In this document: in pieces, positions 1 to 10,255 of the stretch | Position numbering within the stretch: position 1 is the stretch's first letter | Layout of the letters: every line of letters starts with the position of its first letter | IMG/VR virus record: IMGVR_UViG_3300020221_000005 | Coordinates: 1-64,000 of that record | From: a virus | Length of the DNA: 64,000 bases | Reading direction: 5' to 3' (one strand) | Notes under the pieces: generated by a model | Seen by the model: only the letters and a program-made list of their open reading frames with translations | What the model was told of the DNA's origin: nothing | Database searches by the model: none | Made by a program: the position numbers and the translations under genes

Positions 1-57
1 GACTCGAAGATGCCTGCCGCCGCGCAAGTCGGACCGCTGGCGGAGATCATGGCGTGA
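1..57 (+). CDS. C-terminal fragment of a DUF1552-like protein (gene starts upstream of window)
   Basis: GC-rich frame 1 reads DSKMPAAAQVGPLAEIMA*, resembling the end of 21723..23090 (DKSATQGPLSEILA*). Confidence 0.6.
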   Translation, partial: DSKMPAAAQVGPLAEIMA

Positions 58-485
58 GGCTTTGAATCTGACCGGCCTCTGCTGAAAAATGAAATGACAC
101 CCCCTACCTCCACCTATCCCCCATATAACTCAAATCTACGCCCGTTATACCCATTAAATAATAAAAATATAAATCATTACCGTCACATATACAACATATT
201 CACTATCTATTTAACAATCTTAGTTAAATCATCGTTTTCATATAATAATTTACCGTTTCTTATAACTAAAAAATTATCATTTTCTTCTTCAAAATATAAT
301 TAATATTCTGAATCTTTAGATTTCAATTCATCACCACTCGATGCTACCTCAAAATATTTATTATATTTTTTATTATAACCCATAACTTTATATTTGTTAT
401 TTTATCTGCTTCACCTTTTGCCCAATTAACAAATTGGTTATAATCAATCTTACCGCCAACTAATCATATGGTTCTACCTATTTGC

Positions 486-953
486 TTAATAAACAGATAT
501 CACCGTATCTAAATCGTTACTATCCCAAAATTGGACATTCATTTTAAATTTACCCCAAAAATCATTATCTTTATCTAATAAGTTTTTTATAAGAAAAATA
601 GACGAAATTCTGTGTGCACCATCTTGTAATTTGCCATCAACTACAATTATTGGTGGTAAATTTTTCAACGAGGTTGGGTTTTTAATCATATAATCCGCAT
701 ATTCTTTCACCTTTTTAGTTACACCCCAAGAATAGCCATTGTTTTTAACATCATCCAAAACTTCTTTATAATATGGTATTCCATCAATATTATCAACTAT
801 CTGACTTATATTCATCAAATTAGTTTTGATTGGTTTTGAATTTTGTTTAAACACTGCTGGTTTACCAGAAGATTCGCCACTTTTAGGTGGCTTTTCATTC
901 TCATTCAAATACTCTCTTAACGTAGCTCTAATAAATTGTCCCAAATCTTTCAT
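486..953 (-). CDS. ParB/Srx-like nuclease-fold protein with N-terminal IRxxLRE leader
   Basis: PPIIVVDGKLQDGAHR motif; TATTTAT upstream on minus strand (971-977). Confidence 0.55.
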   Translation of the reverse strand: MKDLGQFIRATLREYLNENEKPPKSGESSGKPAVFKQNSKPIKTNLMNISQIVDNIDGIPYYKEVLDDVKNNGYSWGVTKKVKEYADYMIKNPTSLKNLPPIIVVDGKLQDGAHRISSIFLIKNLLDKDNDFWGKFKMNVQFWDSNDLDTVISVY

Positions 954-996
954 TTGTTTTTCTTTTATATATAAATATTAAATTACTACCCACAAA

Positions 997-1037
997 TTTA
1001 ATAATAACCCTTTAATAATAACCCTTTAATAATAACC
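997..1037. repeat. 14-bp tandem repeat (TAATAATAACCCTT, nearly 3 copies)
   Basis: direct reading. Confidence 0.85.
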
Positions 1038-1230
1038 AAAATTTCTACGATACTGTTGATAAAATTATTCACTATCTGCCTCCCTACCTTATCTAATTCT
1101 TCTCTGCCTTTTCCTAACTAATATCTCTAACTAACTTCTAACCAACTATATCCTATATCTACCACTTCCACGATCTAAGTCAATTATTTATATGTTCTGT
1201 TAACATCTGTTTGTGTCTTGTTATGTTATT

Positions 1231-1369
1231 CCGCCTCGAGGGGGGGGTACCACCCCCCTCATACGTCAATATTCTCAAAACAATATTATTCATGTTTATC
1301 CATATGTTGTGTTGACAATTATGTAAAAGATAACGAATGAACCGCCTCGAGGGGGGGTACCACCCCCTC
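1231..1369. repeat. Two copies of the imperfect palindrome CCGCCTCGAG(n)TACCAC(n)TC (1231-1260, 1342-1369)
   Basis: near-identical GC-rich copies in AT-rich DNA; GAGGGGG..CCCCCTC arms around GGTACC. Confidence 0.9.
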
Positions 1370-1929
1370 TTTTTTATATAATTGTAATGTTCACGTGTGA
1401 TTTCACGTATACGTTTTAACTATAGTGTATAAATTATATATGAACCGTGTGAACGTAGTCATCTTTGTTTTATTATATAAGAATATAATAGATCTATAGA
1501 AGCATTATCAAAGCTAAGAGATACGGATGAGGTTGATAAAATAAATAAATATTGACGTTTTCCACACCCATTTTTGTATTTTTCTCCAGATTTTTTTGTA
1601 TATTTTTGTTATTATATTTCGTGTTATATTTTTGTTATTATATTTTGTGATGTGATGTGATGTGATGTGTGATATGAACTGTGTGAGGTTGTGTGATGAG
1701 TGATATTATTTTTTTCATCGTATTTTCAACCCCACTTATTATATATTTGAGAAACTGATATGGTCTTGTGGTATTAGAAATGATTAAGTTGGAGAAAAGA
1801 TGTTAGATATTATTATGATAGTTGATATAACGAATATGGATATGAGTATTGATATATTATTTATTTTTACCGTTGGAGTTTTCGTTTATTAAAGTTTGTT
1901 CACCGTGGGGGTTTTTGCTTATTAAAAGT

Positions 1930-2119
1930 CAAGGTCGACTTACTTTGTTAGTCTAGCCTAACATTTTCAGTTCAACCTCGTATTATTAGTCTAGCCTAAC
2001 ATTATTAGGTTAGCCTAACATTTTCAGTTCAACCTCGTATTATTAGTCTAGCCTAACATTATTAGGTTGGTCTAACATTATTAGGTTAGCGTGAGACTAT
2101 TAAGGTAGTCAAATTAACA
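1930..2119. repeat. 19-bp tandem array (~10 degenerate units, e.g. TAGTCTAGCCTAACATTAT) with 57-bp higher-order duplication
   Basis: units start at 1949, 1968, 1987, 2006, 2025, 2044, 2063, 2082. Confidence 0.85.
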
Positions 2120-2162
2120 TAGTTAAGTTTTTTTAATAGTGATAATTTATGAACTAATGGCG

Positions 2163-2273
2163 ATAACGATAAAGGTATTTGCGCAGGTTTTGGTCCTCTA
2201 CCCTTGGTGCCCTTTCGGGTCGACCTGTCTGGCTATTAGTGTCGCCGCCACTTGTCTATCTGGTTTTACTTAC
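2163..2273 (-). ncRNA. Repeated phage sRNA family, long type with 5' pseudoknot (copy 1)
   Basis: TTTACT-16-TAAACT promoter (2307-2280); structured GC-rich transcript; homologous to 20038-20150. Confidence 0.6.
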
Positions 2274-2377
2274 GGGTACAGTTTATACTGATTTTATAAA
2301 AAGTAAAGAGAATTTTTTATAAAAATAATTTAAGGTATGTGTTTAAGGTATTGGTTGTGGACGTTATGGTGAAGTCA

Positions 2378-2452
2378 GATAACGATAAAGGTATATGGGT
2401 AGGGATTGGTCCCCTACTCTTGACGCCTTGCGGTCGGTCGCATCTTTATTAT
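2378..2452 (-). ncRNA. Repeated phage sRNA family, short type (copy 2)
   Basis: TTGACT-16-TAAAAT promoter (2486-2459); 39-nt core AGATGCGACCGACCGCAAGGCGTCAAGAGTAGGGGACCA. Confidence 0.65.
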
Positions 2453-2656
2453 GTGTACATTTTACATAGATTTTATAAAAAGTCAACATTAAAAAGAGAA
2501 TGGAAATTGAATGTGGGGTAGATATTTATGGTTATGTGGAGGGTGATATTGTGGTGGCGGATGAATGGGTGATTATTTATTTATGTAACCGTTTGAGTTT
2601 TAGGAATTTATGAAAGTGGTTGACATTTTATAAAGTTGGAATAAGATATTTGAACT

Positions 2657-2884
2657 ATGAATAACAAATTAAACACTATGAATAACAAATTGATTAACAA
2701 GGCTGGGTTTGAGGTTGTGCGTGGTCAGCAAGTGACAACCTTTCGGGGTGAGGAGGTTGAGGTGATTGATTGGAGGGCTCCTCACAAGCCATCTAGTTCT
2801 GGCAGGGTAGTGGTTAAGAATGTGAATGATAGTATTCGTGAGTATTTTCCGTCAGTGATTGGGTGTGAGATTGTGGTTGGTTAA
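2657..2884 (+). CDS. hypothetical early protein
   Basis: ORF directly after promoter 2620. Confidence 0.75.
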   Translation: MNNKLNTMNNKLINKAGFEVVRGQQVTTFRGEEVEVIDWRAPHKPSSSGRVVVKNVNDSIREYFPSVIGCEIVVG

Positions 2885-2930
2885 AACATACAGTTGACAA
2901 ATATAAAAAGTCGGATATTATTTATTCACT

Positions 2931-5186
2931 ATGATTATTACAGCTAAAGACACTACTGGTTTGGTTACGAACAATCTTGGGAACGAATCTCGTAAGTTGG
3001 GGATTAAGGCGAGTGGTTGGGCGCATTTGTCCACGATTTTGCGGGACAGTTTGTATTCTGACAAGATTTTGGCACCTATACGTGAATATTCGACGAATGC
3101 TATGGATGCTCATGTTGAGGCGGGCAAGCCGACTCGTCCGATTTTGGTAAAGTTACCTAATTTGATAGTTTCTACGTTTGTGGTAAGAGATTATGGAGTT
3201 GGAATGAGTGAGCAGCGAATTTGGGAGGTATTTGCTAATTATGGTGAGTCAACCAAGCGTAGTTCTAATGAACAGACTGGTATGTTAGGGATTGGTTCAA
3301 AGAGTGCGTTTGCGTACACTGATAATTTTACGATTGTGAATTATCATCGTGGGGTTAAGAGTATTTTTATGTGTCACGTCGCTGGTAGTGCGGAGGGTGA
3401 TTTGGTGCGAGTGAGTTGTGAGCCTACTGTTGAGGAAGATGGTTTGGAGATTCAGATTCCGGTGTCGAAGGGTGACGTTTCGTTGTGGGTTGACAAGGCT
3501 AAGACGTTTTTTAGTTATTGGAAAGTGACTCCTATTTTTGAGGGTAACACGGTTGTTATTGAAAAGGACAAGTCTTTATTTGAAGGTGAGACTTGGTATA
3601 TGAGTGAGAAATTGTTATCTCAGTCCAAGACTAAACTTTTGATGGGCAACATTTGTTATGAGGTTGATTCGGAACAGCTTATCAACAAAGAGGATTGCAC
3701 AACTTTTGCAAATTATAATAATTCTATTTACTCGTCGGGCATTGTTTTGAAGGCGGAGATTGGTGATGTGGATGTGGCCGCGAGTCGTGAGGGATTACAA
3801 TATACGGCTAAGACGAAGGCATATTTTGCAAAAGTTATGCCTCAGATTTTGCAACAGTTGACTAATTTGATTCAAAAGGAAATTGATGAGTGCAAGACTA
3901 ATTTTGAAAAGAAGAAATTGGTCAATCGTTTTAGTGATTATCATTCTAAGTATTATCATTTGAGGTTTGTTACGGATAATCTTATTAAGAAACTGGGTGG
4001 TAGCACTTATGATTTGAATTTGTCATCGACGGGGCCATTTGCGAGTTATGATTCTGAGAGCATTGGTCTTGCGGTTACGCGGTATAAAAAGACGCGGCGT
4101 GGGCATCGTCGAGTTCGTGCTTGTGGGCAATTTTCAACTATTGAATGTCAGGATTCCATTAAATATATTAGTGTGAACGACACTGATAAACAGATTTTGA
4201 ATCGTGTGGCGGCATTGATTGAACGTGCTCCGACGACAACGCCTGTAAAGTGGGTTTATGTTTTTAAGGTATTGGACAAAGTTAAATTTAATGCATGGGT
4301 GCGTAAGGTGGGTTTTGATATTCCGTTAATTAAGTTTGATACGTTACCGATTGTAAAGACTTCAGAATTGTATCCTACATCGTCTCAGTCTTATAGTTAC
4401 AATCCCAAGTCTGGCAAGAAGATGTTTTTGTTAGACCGTAAACGTGCTTCTTTGGCGAGGCATAGTTATTCTGATTATTACGTTCCGACGTTGGTTGATA
4501 AGAACGATAAACGGGTGATTTATGTAGAGATAAATCAGTGGCAGATTAACTTTAATGGGCGTGATTATTCGCCGGCGAGTTTTTTGGATTTTCTTACTTA
4601 TTTGGAAACCACCTTTAATATAAAACTTCCTAAAATTATCGCGGTTAGGTCATCGGCGGTCAGCAAGTTAAAAAGTCAATTTGTGAAATTGAATGTGTAT
4701 TTGAAAGAGTTATTTAGTGTGAGTCCTAATCGTGAGAAAATTGTATCGATGTTAAAAGCTGCCTGTGTCAATTACATTGAGATAGGTAGTAATTATGGTT
4801 ATAATTCGGGTGACATAGCGGGTTATATGAATTCCCATAAGTTTCGGCTTTTATTCAAAAACATTCAGACGAGTGAGATTATGGATTCGGAGAGTATTTT
4901 CTCTAAACTGAGAGAGATTATTTTTAATTCTTCAGACAGTAGAGAGCTTAAAACTTATCGTGAGGTTTTGTTAAATTTTGTATCTAACATTAAAAATTGT
5001 GAAAAAGAGATTGACGATTATAAGTCTATGGTGACATCTTTATTGAAACAGTTTAACAAGCGTTATCCGGTTTTGTGTATGATTGATGACCGTTTTATTG
5101 GAAAAAATAAAGATGAATCATACAGTAAAAATTTGGTAGAATATGTGAATTTCGTGGATGGTAACGAAAAGTTAGTAGTGAGTTAA
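2931..5186 (+). CDS. rIIA: RIIA-like protein (N-terminal GHKL/HATPase domain)
   Basis: REYSTNAMDAH, DYGVGM, STKRSSNEQTGMLGIGSKSAFAY motifs; followed by rIIB. Confidence 0.85.
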   Translation: MIITAKDTTGLVTNNLGNESRKLGIKASGWAHLSTILRDSLYSDKILAPIREYSTNAMDAHVEAGKPTRPILVKLPNLIVSTFVVRDYGVGMSEQRIWEVFANYGESTKRSSNEQTGMLGIGSKSAFAYTDNFTIVNYHRGVKSIFMCHVAGSAEGDLVRVSCEPTVEEDGLEIQIPVSKGDVSLWVDKAKTFFSYWKVTPIFEGNTVVIEKDKSLFEGETWYMSEKLLSQSKTKLLMGNICYEVDSEQLINKEDCTTFANYNNSIYSSGIVLKAEIGDVDVAASREGLQYTAKTKAYFAKVMPQILQQLTNLIQKEIDECKTNFEKKKLVNRFSDYHSKYYHLRFVTDNLIKKLGGSTYDLNLSSTGPFASYDSESIGLAVTRYKKTRRGHRRVRACGQFSTIECQDSIKYISVNDTDKQILNRVAALIERAPTTTPVKWVYVFKVLDKVKFNAWVRKVGFDIPLIKFDTLPIVKTSELYPTSSQSYSYNPKSGKKMFLLDRKRASLARHSYSDYYVPTLVDKNDKRVIYVEINQWQINFNGRDYSPASFLDFLTYLETTFNIKLPKIIAVRSSAVSKLKSQFVKLNVYLKELFSVSPNREKIVSMLKAACVNYIEIGSNYGYNSGDIAGYMNSHKFRLLFKNIQTSEIMDSESIFSKLREIIFNSSDSRELKTYREVLLNFVSNIKNCEKEIDDYKSMVTSLLKQFNKRYPVLCMIDDRFIGKNKDESYSKNLVEYVNFVDGNEKLVVS

Positions 5187-5196
5187 TATCATAGTA

Positions 5197-5234
5197 TAAC
5201 GGCGGAGAGAGAACCATCTTTCTCTCCGCCGTTA
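5197..5234 (+). terminator. stem-loop after rIIA
   Basis: TAACGGCGGAGAGA..TCTCTCCGCCGTTA inverted repeat. Confidence 0.6.
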
Positions 5235-5306
5235 AAAATAAGGTTGACAACGAGTAAATTTTTGATAAAGTAAAAAGTAGATTAAACATTAAACATTAAA
5301 CAACAA

Positions 5307-6287
5307 ATGAAAATTCCGTATATTATTACTTCTACGTCTATTACTGCGGTGATTAACGGTAAAACTTATGTGACGGATAAGACTCATAAGGAATATGAGG
5401 CTATTAAGGCGATGTTGGTGTCGGATTCTGTTGAAGTTGACAAGCTGGTTGAATTATTTGATATTACTTCGACGGTTAATCGTTATTGTGAAGGTAAGAT
5501 TTTGGTTAAACATGGTTTGGTATCTTACAATGATGTTCCAGTGGATAATTATGTGACTAAGAAAATTCTTCAATTTATGGATGAGAAGTTGCCGGTTGAA
5601 CCTATTGTGAATTTTTTGAATAGATTGATGAAGAATCCGAGTCGGCGAGCGGTTTCTGAGCTTTACACGTTTTTGGAGCATAAGAATATGCCGTTGACTC
5701 CTGATGGTTATTTTTTGGCATACAAGGGTGTGCAAACGGATTATTGGTCTAAGCACGCGAATCTTTCGACGAGAGTGATTCGTGGAAAAGTTGATAGTTC
5801 TGGTCGGCTTAACAACGCGGTGGGTGAAGTGATTGAAGTTGAACGTAACAATGTTTGTGATGATGCTTCGGTTGGTTGTGGAGAGGGCATTCACGCGGGT
5901 AGTTTGAAGTATGCTAATGATTGGGCGACTTCGGATGGGCGTTTAATGATTGTTAAGATTGACCCGGCCGATGTGGTTAGTGTGCCTACCGATTGTTCGT
6001 GTCAGAAACTTAGGACGTGTAAGTATGAAGTGGTGGCCGAACAGGTTGACAGAAGTGCGTTAAGTGATACTATGACTCCTGAAGATAAAAATCGTGTTCA
6101 GGCAACATCTAATAATGCAGAGTTCTCGACTGATGACTCATCCCTTAAATCGGAAGAATATGACCGTGGTTATTCTGCGGGTGAAAAAGACGCACAGTTG
6201 GGATTAGATTGTATTGATGAATTGTTGACGGATAGTGACTATCGAGATGGATATATTGATGGTTATAACGACTGTGATCCAATGTAG
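5307..6287 (+). CDS. rIIB: RIIB-like protein
   Basis: NPSRRAVSELYTFL, TPDGYFLAYK, CGEGIHAGS, KIDPADVVSVP, KLRTCKYEV. Confidence 0.9.
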   Translation: MKIPYIITSTSITAVINGKTYVTDKTHKEYEAIKAMLVSDSVEVDKLVELFDITSTVNRYCEGKILVKHGLVSYNDVPVDNYVTKKILQFMDEKLPVEPIVNFLNRLMKNPSRRAVSELYTFLEHKNMPLTPDGYFLAYKGVQTDYWSKHANLSTRVIRGKVDSSGRLNNAVGEVIEVERNNVCDDASVGCGEGIHAGSLKYANDWATSDGRLMIVKIDPADVVSVPTDCSCQKLRTCKYEVVAEQVDRSALSDTMTPEDKNRVQATSNNAEFSTDDSSLKSEEYDRGYSAGEKDAQLGLDCIDELLTDSDYRDGYIDGYNDCDPM

Positions 6288-6304
6288 TATAAACAAAACA
6301 TAAT

Positions 6305-6381
6305 GCGAGCCTGGTGATACATGGGGAGCACATCGGTCGTCCAGATCGAAGGGGAAGGTTTAAATCCTTCGGCTCGCTCCA
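6305..6381 (+). tRNA. tRNA-Gly(UCC), atypical (G33, T-loop UUUAAAU)
   Basis: acceptor GCGAGCC/GGCTCGC, U73, CCA; anticodon stem TCGGT/ATCGA, loop CGTCCAG. Confidence 0.75.
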
Positions 6382-6553
6382 AAACAAAAATATATGGGAA
6401 AAAGTTATAAAGCTAATAGTAAATACGAGAAGTATAAGAAGAATGGTAGTAATAAAAAGAATAATGGAAAACGACACGAACGTGAAGAAAATGAAAAGTT
6501 CGACTGGCGTAAGTCATTAGATAATTCTCAAGACTAATTTAACATATATTTAT

Positions 6554-7114
6554 ATGGGAACACGAAGTATTACGCGGGTTTTAGATGAATCAAACAATGT
6601 GATTCTAACCATGTATCGACAAATGGATGGTTATTTAGAAGGACACGGTGTCGAACTTGTTAAATTTTTGAAAGATTTCAAGATAACCAACGGAATTGAA
6701 ACCAACGTGGCGGCAAAAACTGCTAATGGAGTTGGTTGTTTAGCGGCTCAATTAGTGGGTCATTTTAAGACTGGTGTTGGCGGAATCTATCTTGTTCCGA
6801 CGTCTGCCGAAGAAGAAGAATACAATTATACCATCCGAGTTTTGGATGAGATGGTGACTCTTACCTATACACGAGGAGATGAGAGTGGAACTTTACTTCC
6901 GGTCAATGCTGATAAGATTGATAACTTTCAACAAGTGGTTGAGTTTTTATATCCGGACAAATATTTTGAGAATCAATGGCGTAAAATTCTAGTTATTTCT
7001 CGTGACGATCGGCACATAACTGGATTTGATTTAAAGAATAATAATCAGGTAAAACGTTTTCTTTTAGAAAAAGTTTTTGGTGGAGAAGACAAAGTGTTTG
7101 CATCTAGTAAATAA
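6554..7114 (+). CDS. conserved phage protein (MGTRS...YRQMDGY type)
   Basis: ORF; motif recurrent in phage early regions. Confidence 0.75.
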   Translation: MGTRSITRVLDESNNVILTMYRQMDGYLEGHGVELVKFLKDFKITNGIETNVAAKTANGVGCLAAQLVGHFKTGVGGIYLVPTSAEEEEYNYTIRVLDEMVTLTYTRGDESGTLLPVNADKIDNFQQVVEFLYPDKYFENQWRKILVISRDDRHITGFDLKNNNQVKRFLLEKVFGGEDKVFASSK

Positions 7115-7118
7115 AAGT

Positions 7119-7310
7119 ATGATAAAGTGTAAATGTTACAAGTGTGGTAAGGAAGAAGTGTTTGAAGATCATAAACAAGCCTGGATGGCTGGTTGGGATT
7201 TTCTAAGTGATGGTAAAATGATTTGTGGCGACTGTTCGTCAATGTCTTTTTCTAAAGATAATCTTCTTTCGAAAACCGCTAATAAAAAATATGAAAACTC
7301 CGAAGAATAA
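7119..7310 (+). CDS. small Zn-finger protein
   Basis: CxxC...CxxC; start moved to ATG 7119. Confidence 0.65.
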   Translation: MIKCKCYKCGKEEVFEDHKQAWMAGWDFLSDGKMICGDCSSMSFSKDNLLSKTANKKYENSEE

Positions 7311-7653
7311 ATCAAATATAAATAAGATATTCGTACCTTTTACTGGTACGATAGATCAATTATTGAATCACGTTGACAAAATTGATCCTACTCAAGTTGA
7401 AAATGTAGTGGTTAATCATACTGAAGACGTTTTTTTGGATGATAAAACCGCAATTGAAATAATTAAAAGTGAATTGAACTGTGAAAAACAACAGGCGATG
7501 GAGATCTTAAATCAAATTAAACTTGAAGAAATATCTAAAACTCTTAATGATTTAGTTGAAGAAGGTTTGGTAGAAATTAGTGAGTATGACAAAAATGGCG
7601 AACCACTATATTCTTTAACTGAAGCTGGAAAGTTGTTCTCTAAAAAAAAATAA
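7291..7653 (+). CDS. protein with C-terminal winged-helix-like segment
   Basis: LNDLVEEGLVEI...YSLTEAG; start moved to ATG 7291. Confidence 0.6.
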   Translation: MKTPKNKSNINKIFVPFTGTIDQLLNHVDKIDPTQVENVVVNHTEDVFLDDKTAIEIIKSELNCEKQQAMEILNQIKLEEISKTLNDLVEEGLVEISEYDKNGEPLYSLTEAGKLFSKKK

Positions 7654-7668
7654 TTAACAAAAATAAAT

Positions 7669-8004
7669 ATGATTGATGGAAATAATGTTACACTTGAAGT
7701 GGTAAAAGATTCTAAAACAGTTATTAAACGTGGTCCTGGCCGGCCTAAGACCAAAATGACACTTAAACGAGTAGTTTTATTGAATGGCAAACCAGTAGGG
7801 CGTGGTCGACCCGGTAAAACGAGTTGTTCTAATCGAACGGTAGTGTTTATTCCTATAAATGAAACCTATAACGAGTCTGTTCATGGTGTTGGTAAGAAGT
7901 ATATTTCAGGTTTGAATCAATATACGCATCAAATTAAACGGGTTGATTTGAATAACTTTACAAAATTAACTAAAATGACAAACAAAACTATGGTCGAGGC
8001 GTAA
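7669..8004 (+). CDS. basic protein with AT-hook-like motifs
   Basis: KRGPGRPK and GRGRPGK. Confidence 0.65.
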   Translation: MIDGNNVTLEVVKDSKTVIKRGPGRPKTKMTLKRVVLLNGKPVGRGRPGKTSCSNRTVVFIPINETYNESVHGVGKKYISGLNQYTHQIKRVDLNNFTKLTKMTNKTMVEA

Positions 8005-8025
8005 AATCGCCAAGGAAATGGGGGA

Positions 8026-8060
8026 GAATTCTCACCGGTCAAAAGCCGGTGAGAATTTTT
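8026..8060 (+). terminator. intrinsic terminator
   Basis: AATTCTCACCGG-tcaaaag-CCGGTGAGAATT followed by T run. Confidence 0.7.
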
Positions 8061-8072
8061 ATATTAAAGTTA

Positions 8073-8147
8073 GATAACGATAAAGGTATTATTGCAGGAT
8101 TTGGTCCCCTACTCTTGACGCCTTTCGGTCGGTCGCATCTTTACTGT
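8073..8147 (-). ncRNA. Repeated phage sRNA family, short type (copy 3)
   Basis: TTGACT-16-TAAACT (8181-8154); core at 8102-8140. Confidence 0.65.
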
Positions 8148-8240
8148 AGGTACAGTTTATCTTAATTTTAAAAAAAGTCAAATGCTAATTTTTAAAAGTT
8201 GGAGGCTTGACTTTTTATAAAACCGATGTAGGATTATGTT

Positions 8241-8531
8241 ATGACTAAAAACGAAGTTCTCTCTGTTCGTGAACAGATTCAAGAAGATTTAATTTGTCTG
8301 TTGGATTCGCAATTTGGTGAAGTCAAATATGTCGGCACGCTACGTGGTCATCCACAACGACTTCACCATTCCGCCGTTCGTCGGATTTACCACGACGATA
8401 AAGTAAAGGATTTGGCGTGTCAAATTGTGGTTGATAATTTTAATAAACTTGACCTTGATAGCCTTGATAACGTGCCGTGCACCAACGACACGTCGCCGGT
8501 CAGCCCGTCGCTCCAGGATTCTAATGACTAA
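8241..8531 (+). CDS. hypothetical protein, paralog of 11930..12142
   Basis: REQIQEDL...KDLACQIV; near-leaderless after promoter 8207. Confidence 0.75.
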   Translation: MTKNEVLSVREQIQEDLICLLDSQFGEVKYVGTLRGHPQRLHHSAVRRIYHDDKVKDLACQIVVDNFNKLDLDSLDNVPCTNDTSPVSPSLQDSND

Positions 8532-8748
8532 AAACACCGACATTCCCAATCCCCTCACCGCTAAGCAACTCAAGGATTATGTTAAACACGGCGGGAGTTA
8601 TTGCCCTGTCTGCCGTAGTGATTCGCTCGAAGGCGAATCCTACGCAAACTATGGCGTGGGCGTCGTGTATCAGCCTGTGTTGTGCCTGTCCTGTGGAGCA
8701 CGGTGGACGGATGGATACACGCTGACTAGCGTTTGGCTTGACAAATAG
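8524..8748 (+). CDS. Zn-ribbon protein
   Basis: CPVC...CLSCGARW; start moved to ATG 8524. Confidence 0.7.
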   Translation: MTKNTDIPNPLTAKQLKDYVKHGGSYCPVCRSDSLEGESYANYGVGVVYQPVLCLSCGARWTDGYTLTSVWLDK

Positions 8749-8771
8749 AAAAACTCTGATAGGATTTTATT

Positions 8772-9005
8772 ATGAATTTAGCAAAAGTTTGTATTTCTCA
8801 CCACTATATTGTGGATTTGGACAATGCGGATATGGTAGAGGAAGCTAAGAATGCTCTCTACGAGGATATTATGAATAGTGTTAAATATAATGAACTATTC
8901 TCTCATATTGATGTGATAACTCAAGAAGATTCAAATAAATGGGCGGACACTGATATTCCAGAGTTTTTGAATGGAAGAGATCGTGATTGGGATGCGGCTA
9001 CTTAA
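8772..9005 (+). CDS. hypothetical acidic protein
   Basis: ATG 6 nt after -10 box TAGGAT. Confidence 0.75.
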   Translation: MNLAKVCISHHYIVDLDNADMVEEAKNALYEDIMNSVKYNELFSHIDVITQEDSNKWADTDIPEFLNGRDRDWDAAT

Positions 9006-9041
9006 TAAATAATACTTACGTCATTAAATAATATAAATAAA

Positions 9042-9299
9042 ATGAAAAATATATTGTGTTTGGTTTGTTTGATTATGAGTGTTGGGTGCGTTGCTTCTAA
9101 GCCGCAGTCAAAACAATTAAAACTTAATCCGATTAAACTTCATCCGATTAGAGGAGTTGATGATGTTAGTCGCTCAAATACCGCTTTCACCCGCTCTTGG
9201 CAAACTCAAGCGCAAGGCTGGGTGTGTCCTTACTCCTCACTAGATGAGACGCATCGTAGAATCTACGACGAGAATAAAAATTCCTCGTCAAAAGAATAG
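9042..9299 (+). CDS. putative lipoprotein
   Basis: MK + hydrophobic stretch + SVGC lipobox-like motif. Confidence 0.55.
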   Translation: MKNILCLVCLIMSVGCVASKPQSKQLKLNPIKLHPIRGVDDVSRSNTAFTRSWQTQAQGWVCPYSSLDETHRRIYDENKNSSSKE

Positions 9300-9354
9300 T
9301 TTGATTAGTTTAAAAATAGTTTATACTGGTCTTAACATTAACCAATAAAAAATT

Positions 9355-9858
9355 ATGGGACTCGACTCTTATCTTCATTCTGTAAAGTATGTAAGCTCCG
9401 ACGCAACTGAACGGCTTTTGGGCCATCGCCCAAAGCCTGATTCTTTTGAAAAAATTCGTAAGGCGATAGATGTGCCGCTAAATCTGTTCGACCAAGATTT
9501 TCCAAGCATCGAAGTCTCTTGCAATATCGCTTACTGGCGAAAAGCGAACGCCATTCATGCGTGGTTTGTTCGTGAGTGTCAGGATGGAAATGACGATTGC
9601 CGACGCTCCCGCGTTTCTCGTGAAAAGCTAGAGACGTTGCGTGATTTGTGCGTTGAAATCACCAATCAAAAGTCTCCTGAAAAGCAGCGGAATATGGCTG
9701 AGAAAAATTTACCAACTCAATCAGGATTCTTTTTCGGTGACACAGAATATGATGAATGGTATTGGTCAAGTATAGAATATACGGCAGAAACTCTCACGAA
9801 GATTCTGGAATCGGACAAGTTGAAAGACCATGAGTTTGCTTATTCTGCGAGTTGGTAG
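9355..9858 (+). CDS. conserved phage protein (MGLD...YWRKANAIH...SGFFFG)
   Basis: recognisable family motifs. Confidence 0.8.
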   Translation: MGLDSYLHSVKYVSSDATERLLGHRPKPDSFEKIRKAIDVPLNLFDQDFPSIEVSCNIAYWRKANAIHAWFVRECQDGNDDCRRSRVSREKLETLRDLCVEITNQKSPEKQRNMAEKNLPTQSGFFFGDTEYDEWYWSSIEYTAETLTKILESDKLKDHEFAYSASW

Positions 9859-9906
9859 TTGTTGGCTCTTGACAAGTTTCAAAGAACCCTCTATAGTGTT
9901 ACCACA

Positions 9907-10212
9907 ATGAACCTCACTAAAAACGACGCTGGGGAGGTGCTGCACAAGCTCGCCGCCCTCGCGGACTCGCCCGACCTCATCGAGGATTATGGGCTTACAC
10001 AAGAGCAGGCTGACGCACTGCGCGACAGCGTGCCACATAACGGCGGCGAATGGACTGTTGTGCCTGAGTTTATCAATGCCGTGCGCGGCGAGATGCAAGA
10101 TCACGCACGAGTCCTCCGTAATATTGCTTACGACGCACGACATGGCGGGGAGGTTGGGCAAGCACTTCAGATTGATAAGCAAGCGAAACGATTTGAGAAA
10201 ATATTCAAATGA
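9907..10212 (+). CDS. hypothetical protein (GC-richer insert)
   Basis: start moved to ATG 9907 after promoter 9869. Confidence 0.7.
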   Translation: MNLTKNDAGEVLHKLAALADSPDLIEDYGLTQEQADALRDSVPHNGGEWTVVPEFINAVRGEMQDHARVLRNIAYDARHGGEVGQALQIDKQAKRFEKIFK

Positions 10213-10255
10213 TGTTGGCTCTTGACAAGTTTCAAAAAACCTGTATACTCTTAAC

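Noticed and set aside
1930-2119. CRISPR array
   Set aside because: Contiguous 19-bp units without unique spacers; no cas genes
2407-2445. sRNA core as SRP domain IV, sarcin-ricin loop or 16S fragment
   Set aside because: Only superficial similarity; diagnostic loops (CAGG/AGCA, AGUACGAGAGGA) are absent
6314-6520. 68-aa ORF
   Set aside because: Its first part overlaps tRNA-Gly; at most a shorter downstream ORF is real
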